From IMG/VR virus record IMGVR_UViG_3300049141_000142, positions 1 through 24,938 of that record: a DNA stretch of 24,938 nucleotides. One strand, given 5' to 3'. The translations under genes were made by a program, and so were the position numbers. Origin of the DNA: a virus (lineage: Duplodnaviria; Caudoviricetes). Shown here in pieces: positions 16,056-24,938 of the stretch; positions within the stretch are counted from its first letter, which is position 1, and each line of letters opens with the position of its first letter. The notes beneath the pieces were generated by a model that did no database searches, was not told the origin of the DNA, and was given only the letters and a program-made list of their open reading frames with translations.

Positions 16056-18397
16056 TGCATGGTCTCCTCGGCCGGCGCGGCGACTGCTGGCTGCGCCTGC
16101 ATGGCATTCCGGTCGCGATCGACCAGCGCCCGGATCGCCGCAACATCCACCTGGGCGCCGTATTTGAGCTGCATCTCGTAGGCCCGAAGCGTGATGTCGG
16201 CATCCAGACGGTCGCGTTCGCGATCGTCGGCCTGCTGCGCCTTCCAGGCTTCGAGACGTTGGGATTCCAGCTTCACCTGGGCATCGAGGCGGTTGGTGGC
16301 GATCTTCGCCTCGGCCTCCATGCGGCCGTTCTGGATCTGCGCCTGCGCCAGCGCCGCGCCGGGGTCGGGCGCCGCGCCCTGGCCGCGCGCCTGCTGCGCC
16401 TTCGCGCGGAAGGCCATGTCGTCGGCCGCACCCGGATCGAGGAAGAAGCGGTTCGCATCCTTGTAGCCGCCGAGGCGCACGATCTCCGCCAAGGTTGCGC
16501 GGAACTGGCGGATGGTGACCAGCGGGTTGTCCGGCCCGATCGTCGTCAGGATCTGCTGCTGCTGTTGCAGCACCATCATCAGGAAGGCCATGCGCTGGCT
16601 ATCCGGGCCGCGGCCGAGCGCGACATTGACCGAGACATCCATCTCCGCATCCCAGACGCGCGGATCGACCTCCGACCATTGGCCGCGCAGGCGCACCATG
16701 CGCGGCCGGTCCTGATGCCGCACCAGCATCCGCAGCACGCCGCGGAACACCTGCTTGACCAGCGTCTCCGCCAATGTGCGCGCGATCATCTCGACGCGCT
16801 CCTGCGACGCCTCGATGGTGTTCTGCACCGCGACCTTGGTTGCCGATTGCAGCGCCTCGGGGTCGAGGCCGCGGCTCGCCCGCGTGATACCGGTGCGCTG
16901 CGCCTTCACCTCGTCGACATAGGCCAGCACGCCCATCGCTTCGGCGCCCACGAAGGGTTGCGCCAGCGCCTGCACCATGCCCGGCGCCTTCATGCGGATG
17001 ATCGCGCCGCGCTCGTTGTTCGCGACGTCGTCGAGGTTCACCGCGCCCTCGACCACGCCGAGCTTCGGGTCCAGCGCCTCCGCCAGGCTGTCCATGACCG
17101 AGCGCAGGATGCCGGTCTTCAGGTCCTGCAGATCGAGCGTCTGGTCGGCGATCGAGCTGCCGATGACGCGGTGCGGCTGGCGCACGGGGGAGCCGAGCGC
17201 CATCGGCACCTCCGGCACCACCTCATCGCTCAGCACCAGGTCGCAATCAGCGCCCACGGTGCAGACGCGGTGCAGCTCCGCGACGCCGTCGCCATCCGCG
17301 TCGTAGCGGATGAAATGCTCGACATGCAGCACCCGCCAGGCGCTGCGGTCGATCGAGGGCAGATCGAAGGGCAGCGCCCGCGCCGGGTCGCGCTGCGTCG
17401 CCTCATCGTTCAGAGCGAAATCCGCCTCGGCGGTGGCATGCCGGGCGAGCGTCTCGACATCGCCGGCGCCGCGCGCGACGAGGTCGGAGATCCGTTCCAG
17501 GCTGCGATGCGCGCAATAGCTCGCGCCGTCGATGTCGCGGGCGTCGCGGGCGATGACGAATTCCTCGGGCGGCACCGCCATCAGCCGCAGCACGCCGCGC
17601 CGCGTGGTGCGCCGGACATGCAGGTCGATGCTGATCGCCGGCGAGGGCACCAGGCCCGGCATCAGCGGCGCCGGCGCCTCCGGCAGGATCAGCGTCTCGC
17701 GCCGCTCCAGCACCTCGATGGCGGGATCGGCGAGCAGCCGCGCCTCGGTCAGCGGGTCGAGGCCGGTATAGTCCAGCGCCTCGACCCGCACCGCCTCGTC
17801 CCACCACCATTTCACGATGCCGGTCTTCTTCAGCAGCGCGTCATGCACCGCGTCATGCAGCGTCGCGAACCAGGAATTGCCGTCAGCATTGATGCAGTAG
17901 CCGACATAGTCGGTCATCTGCTCCGCCATGGCCTCATCCTCCGGGCCATGCGGGATGAATTCGACGACGCGCTCGCCGGAGGTGAAGATGCGGATCAGCC
18001 CCGGCAGCATCTGGTGCACGATATCAGCGACCTCGCGCGCCACCACCGCGCTGCGGCCCGCGAGGTCCTCGAGCTGCTCCGGCCGGTCCTGCCGGTCATA
18101 GATCAGCCCGTCGTAATAGTCCTGCGCGCGCTGCCGCTCCGGCGCCTGGTGGCTGTCGATCGCATCCGCCGCATCCGCGTAGCTCATGCGCACCAGCGCG
18201 CGGATATCCTCGACCGAGAGCGGCTCGGCCGCCGCCGCCGCCGGCGGCGCCTCGGCCGGCGCCATCGGCGGCTCGCCATCCCCGGCCGCGAGGATCGCCG
18301 CCGCCGCCGCGTCGAGCGCGGCGCGCATGCCGCCGAGGGGCTTCGGCGGCAGCGCCGCCGCGATGTCGCCGATCCTGCTGCGCTGCTGTGCTGCCAC
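16052..18397 (-). CDS. portal protein (podovirus, P22/SU10-like)
   Basis: R..A.DYY.G, GRSAVV..EV.D.V....P.LIRIFTSGERVVEF.P.GPEDE..AEQ.TDYV, DALLKKTGIVK.WW, VPPEEF; Gln-rich C-terminal barrel; GTG start after GGGAG. Confidence 0.92.
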   Translation of the reverse strand: MAAQQRSRIGDIAAALPPKPLGGMRAALDAAAAAILAAGDGEPPMAPAEAPPAAAAAEPLSVEDIRALVRMSYADAADAIDSHQAPERQRAQDYYDGLIYDRQDRPEQLEDLAGRSAVVAREVADIVHQMLPGLIRIFTSGERVVEFIPHGPEDEAMAEQMTDYVGYCINADGNSWFATLHDAVHDALLKKTGIVKWWWDEAVRVEALDYTGLDPLTEARLLADPAIEVLERRETLILPEAPAPLMPGLVPSPAISIDLHVRRTTRRGVLRLMAVPPEEFVIARDARDIDGASYCAHRSLERISDLVARGAGDVETLARHATAEADFALNDEATQRDPARALPFDLPSIDRSAWRVLHVEHFIRYDADGDGVAELHRVCTVGADCDLVLSDEVVPEVPMALGSPVRQPHRVIGSSIADQTLDLQDLKTGILRSVMDSLAEALDPKLGVVEGAVNLDDVANNERGAIIRMKAPGMVQALAQPFVGAEAMGVLAYVDEVKAQRTGITRASRGLDPEALQSATKVAVQNTIEASQERVEMIARTLAETLVKQVFRGVLRMLVRHQDRPRMVRLRGQWSEVDPRVWDAEMDVSVNVALGRGPDSQRMAFLMMVLQQQQQILTTIGPDNPLVTIRQFRATLAEIVRLGGYKDANRFFLDPGAADDMAFRAKAQQARGQGAAPDPGAALAQAQIQNGRMEAEAKIATNRLDAQVKLESQRLEAWKAQQADDRERDRLDADITLRAYEMQLKYGAQVDVAAIRALVDRDRNAMQAQPAVAAPAEETMQ

Positions 18398-18436
18398 GCG
18401 ATGATGTCTCCCGCACCGATCCGGCTCTGATGGCGG

Positions 18437-18465
18437 CTATCCAGAGCGGGGCAGGTCGATGCAAG
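18437..18465 (-). promoter_or_regulatory. repeated 29-bp bipartite motif, copy upstream of portal
   Basis: Minus strand CTTGCATC-GACCTGCCCCG-CTCTGGATAG, 39 nt before the GTG at 18397. Confidence 0.8.
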
Positions 18466-18572
18466 GCCCTTGTCGGTGTGACCCCGCGCACATCGCGCGC
18501 GGCCGCGCCGCGCTTCCGCCTGGAAGCGCGCGCCGGCTTCGTGGCAGCGTGCCGCCGGCGCGGGAGGCGACG

Positions 18573-21146
18573 ATGCCTGACGAGAGCAAGACTCCACCGG
18601 AAGCCCAGCCGGCTGAGTTCGGTCAGTCGCCGCCCGCGCCGCCATCGCATCTCGACCAGCCGCAGCGCTGGCCCGCCTGGTACTTCGCGCTGACCGATGC
18701 GCTGAAGGCGGCGCGGGCGCCGGCGATCACCGCGGTCGCCTACATCCTCATGGTCGGCATCCCGGACCAGAGTGCGGAGGCCGCGCGCATCATGCTCGGC
18801 TGGCCCTGGTACTGGGCGATCGGCGCGTCACTGCTGTGGTTCGCGCTCTCGCTCTACCTGGCGCTCAGCCTCGCCGGCCTCGCGGAACGCGCGCTCGGCA
18901 TCCACCGCTGGCCGGACGGCGTCCGCAATGTGCCCCTGATGCAGAAGACCGTGGTCCTCTTCGTGTTCTCGGCGCCCTTCCTCGCCGGCTTCCTGGCGCT
19001 CGGCCCGATGGACCTGCTGACCGGGGAGACCAAGGTCTGGGACAACCAGCGCGGCTGGGTCATCTATCTGCCGCTGTTCTTTTTCGGGCTCTTCGCCCTG
19101 ACGATCCTCTACCCGCTGGTCGTCGCGATCCTCGACGCCATCCTGGACGGCGGCCTCGACGCGCTGTTCCGCCGCCTGCGCAAACGCCGGGGCAGCGCGG
19201 CATCCCCGTCGCGGGCGCGGGCGCTGCTCGACGGCACCTGGCGCCTGGCCGGCGCCTGGTCGGAAGGCATGACTTTCGCGGCGGCGATGCTCTTCCTCGC
19301 CTGGGTCATCGGCTGGGGCAGCCTCGAGTATTTCTTCGGGATCTACGCGGAGATCCCGACCCTGCTCTTCCTGCCGCTCTGGGCGACGGCGCTCTGCGCC
19401 GGCCTGCTGCTGCTGGTGCGGCTCTCGGCGCGGCGGCGCCTGCCGCTGCTGATGCCGGTGCTGCTGCTGGCGCTGTTCTGGTCCCTCGCCGATCTCAGCG
19501 ACAATCACGGCATCCAGCATCGCCGGCTGGAGGCCGCGGCGATCCCCGCGGCGGCGCCGATGCCGGTCGATCTTGCCTTCGGCGCCTGGCTCGACGCCAG
19601 GCGCGGGGAGGTCGCGCGCTGGCATGGGTCCGGGCGGAATTTCCCGGTGTTGCTGGTCGCCGCCGAAGGCGGCGGGGCGCGTGCCGCCTATTTCACCGCG
19701 CTGGTGCTGGAGGAGTTGCGCGCGCGATGCCCGCGCCTCATGCGCCACACCTTCCTCATCGCCGGGGTCTCGGGCGGCAGCGTCGGGGCGTCGCTGGTCG
19801 CGGCCTCGGCCGCGGCGCCGCCGGCCCGCCAGCCCCGCAGCGGCCCGGCCCGCGCCGCGCCGCCGCCGGTCGAACTCTGCGAGGCGCCGGGCGCCGGCGG
19901 ATCCTCCATCTTCAAGTCGGTCGGCGCCAGTGCCGATGCGCCCCAGGCGCTGCATGCCGACCTACTGTCGCCGTTGGTGCGCGGGCTGCTGCTGCCCGAC
20001 TTGCTTGCCCGGCTGGTGCCGGCCGATCTCGGCCGCGCCCTGCCGGACGGCGCGCTGCGGCGGGGCTGGGACGATTATATCCGGCAGCCCTTCAGCGACG
20101 TCACCGACCGCACCCGCTTCCTGGAACGCGCCATCGACCGCGCCTGGCAGCGGCGGACGGGACGGGACCTCGACGGCCTGCCCTTCCGCTCGGTCTGGCA
20201 CGGGCCGGAGGGCGACGTGCCGGCGCTGATGCTGCTGACCACCGATGTCGCCACCGGCCGGCGCGTGGCGGTGAGCCACTTGGCGATGCCGCCGCCCTAC
20301 GCCCCGGCGACGCCGCCCGGCACGCCGCCGGCGCCGCCCCCGGCGCCGCCGCGGGCCGCCCCGGGCCTCGCGACCGCGGCACCCGATCCCGGCTGCGCGC
20401 CGCGGCTGACCGCCGATGCGCCGGCAACCGCGCTGGCGCGCCTCCGCACCCTGGGCGAGGAGGCGCCGGGCATCGAGGTGCCGCTGACCACCGCCGTGGT
20501 GCTGAGCGCGCGCTTCACGCTGATGACGCCGGCCGGCACGCTGCCCTGCCCGGGGCCGCGGCGGCGGCTGGTCGATGGCGGCTATTTCGAGAACTCCGGC
20601 CTGACCACGGTGCTGGAGGTGGTGGATGCGTTGCGCCCGATCGCCCGCGACCGGCAGGTCGCGCTGCACATCCTGCGCATCGAGAACAGCCGCGCGACCA
20701 CCAATGCCGGCAATGCCTATGGCGCGGCGCCGCAGGACCCGCCGGGCTGGCTCGCCGAGCTCGCCTCCCCGGTGCGCGCCCTGATGGCAACGCGGGAGGC
20801 GCGGGGCGAGCAGGCACGCGCCGCGGTGAGCCGGGCGGTGGAGCAGTCGCGCATCAATTGCCTCGCCGCCGCGCGCGCCCGGGTCGCGGCCGACCTCACG
20901 CGGGAGGTGGAGCTGACGCCCTGCGTCGAGATCGGCGAGATCGCCTTCGCGCTGTCGCCCGGCTGCGTGCCGATCCCGCTCGGCTGGTCGCTTTCCGACA
21001 ATGCCCGGCGGGAGATGCAGGAGCAGCTTCTCGGCGCCCCCGCCGCCAAGGGCTGCGCGGAGGAAGGGGTCACCGGCCGCGCGCGGAACCGGATGGCGAC
21101 GAGCAGCGTGTTCCGCATCCTGATGCCGCCCTCGCCGCCGCCCTGA
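18573..21146 (+). CDS. multi-TM membrane protein with patatin-like phospholipase domain, 857 aa
   Basis: GGAGG then ATG at 18573; about seven hydrophobic segments; AEGGGARAA oxyanion loop, GVSGG nucleophile elbow (GxSxG), DGGYFENSG catalytic Asp motif. Confidence 0.9.
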   Translation: MPDESKTPPEAQPAEFGQSPPAPPSHLDQPQRWPAWYFALTDALKAARAPAITAVAYILMVGIPDQSAEAARIMLGWPWYWAIGASLLWFALSLYLALSLAGLAERALGIHRWPDGVRNVPLMQKTVVLFVFSAPFLAGFLALGPMDLLTGETKVWDNQRGWVIYLPLFFFGLFALTILYPLVVAILDAILDGGLDALFRRLRKRRGSAASPSRARALLDGTWRLAGAWSEGMTFAAAMLFLAWVIGWGSLEYFFGIYAEIPTLLFLPLWATALCAGLLLLVRLSARRRLPLLMPVLLLALFWSLADLSDNHGIQHRRLEAAAIPAAAPMPVDLAFGAWLDARRGEVARWHGSGRNFPVLLVAAEGGGARAAYFTALVLEELRARCPRLMRHTFLIAGVSGGSVGASLVAASAAAPPARQPRSGPARAAPPPVELCEAPGAGGSSIFKSVGASADAPQALHADLLSPLVRGLLLPDLLARLVPADLGRALPDGALRRGWDDYIRQPFSDVTDRTRFLERAIDRAWQRRTGRDLDGLPFRSVWHGPEGDVPALMLLTTDVATGRRVAVSHLAMPPPYAPATPPGTPPAPPPAPPRAAPGLATAAPDPGCAPRLTADAPATALARLRTLGEEAPGIEVPLTTAVVLSARFTLMTPAGTLPCPGPRRRLVDGGYFENSGLTTVLEVVDALRPIARDRQVALHILRIENSRATTNAGNAYGAAPQDPPGWLAELASPVRALMATREARGEQARAAVSRAVEQSRINCLAAARARVAADLTREVELTPCVEIGEIAFALSPGCVPIPLGWSLSDNARREMQEQLLGAPAAKGCAEEGVTGRARNRMATSSVFRILMPPSPPP

Positions 21147-21518
21147 CCGGGCGGCGGGTACGGCCGGCGATCAAGTGCCGCGCTACGGCGAAGCCGATCA
21201 ACAACTCTTGATTCGGAATTCGAAACGAACACGGCCGACGGGGCCTTGCATATAGGCAAAAGGCGTAAAAACCTCGCTGAAACCGATTATGAGCGGCGGC
21301 TGACAATCGTATACGATGAGTAATTCCTGTTCATTACGCGTAGAAGTTGCCATAGACGGAACGAAAATCCAACGTTACGCATCTGCAGGAGCATTCCAGG
21401 CAGGGGGGCATCGCGGTGATTGTGTCCGACTAGGTCGACAAGCCGTTTGCTAGATACGCAACCCCGTTAAGCCCCGTTCCGGTTGCAGAAGCCGGACGCT
21501 CATTCCCAGGAGAGTTGA
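21147..21518 (+). promoter_or_regulatory. AT-rich upstream regulatory region of the autotransporter
   Basis: Marked drop in GC; perfect palindrome ATCGTATACGAT at 21306-21317; AGGAG at 21508-21512. Confidence 0.5.

Positions 21519-24938
<3,420 letters not shown>

Larger units (their letters stand above)
259..18465 (-). mobile_element. phage-derived virion morphogenesis + lysis cluster (defective prophage or domesticated GTA-like element)
   Basis: Co-oriented, translationally coupled head, tail and lysis genes; no terminase, integrase, replication gene or att site seen in the window. Confidence 0.85.

Noticed and set aside
15605-18430. 941-aa plus-strand ORF and other long antisense ORFs (10953-12113, 11842-12972, 2930-4276, 22358-23545)
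   Set aside because: Shadows of real genes on the opposite strand in very high-GC DNA; no motifs, Arg/Ala/Pro-biased.
4254-18465. Reading the repeated TTGC motif as a sigma-54 promoter
   Set aside because: The GG required 10 nt upstream of the GC is absent in the copies I checked (portal and scaffold), and the conserved second box lies downstream.
21135-21157. Hairpin CCGCCGCCC/GGGCGGCGG at the patatin stop as a terminator
   Set aside because: Overlaps the stop codon, has no U-tract, and such stems arise easily at this GC content.
18836-21211. 791-aa alternative-frame ORF over the patatin gene
   Set aside because: Arg/Pro/Ala-rich off-frame read; the 18573 frame has the RBS and catalytic motifs.
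21250-21290. GGCAAA...GAAACC as a c-di-GMP-I riboswitch
   Set aside because: Lacks the GGCAAACC...GAAA...GGGACGCAAAG architecture and the pairing stems.

Overview
High-GC bacterial DNA, probably alphaproteobacterial (inferred from composition and the autotransporter signal motif). Bases ~259-18397 hold a compact minus-strand virion-morphogenesis cluster of podovirus type. It encodes portal, two putative internal/effector proteins, scaffold, major capsid, adaptor, two tail fibres, holin-like protein, endolysin, i-/o-spanins, nozzle, a GNAT-like protein and a pilot/ejection protein. No terminase, integrase or replication gene is recognisable. Where a terminase would normally precede the portal there is only a promoter-like motif and a divergent membrane patatin-like phospholipase (18573-21146). 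After that comes a Gly-rich autotransporter with 204-bp repeats that runs off the window end. Four signals stand out. (i) A 29-bp bipartite motif CTTGC[A/C]TC-N11-C[T/A]CTGGA[T/C]AG occurs four times with identical spacing, each time ahead of a structural gene that follows an interruption. (ii) There is putative virion cargo (an HExxH metallopeptidase, a PBECR-like nuclease fragment), and several candidate cargo proteins carry terminal GLL motifs. (iii) A frameshifted relic of the ACC-deaminase 3' end lies inside the cluster. (iv) A polysaccharide-type methyltransferase sits between the two fibres. Together these suggest a domesticated, trans-regulated phage-derived particle (GTA-like or protein-delivery), but a decaying prophage cannot be excluded. 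Family assignments come from motif recognition only; no searches were run.
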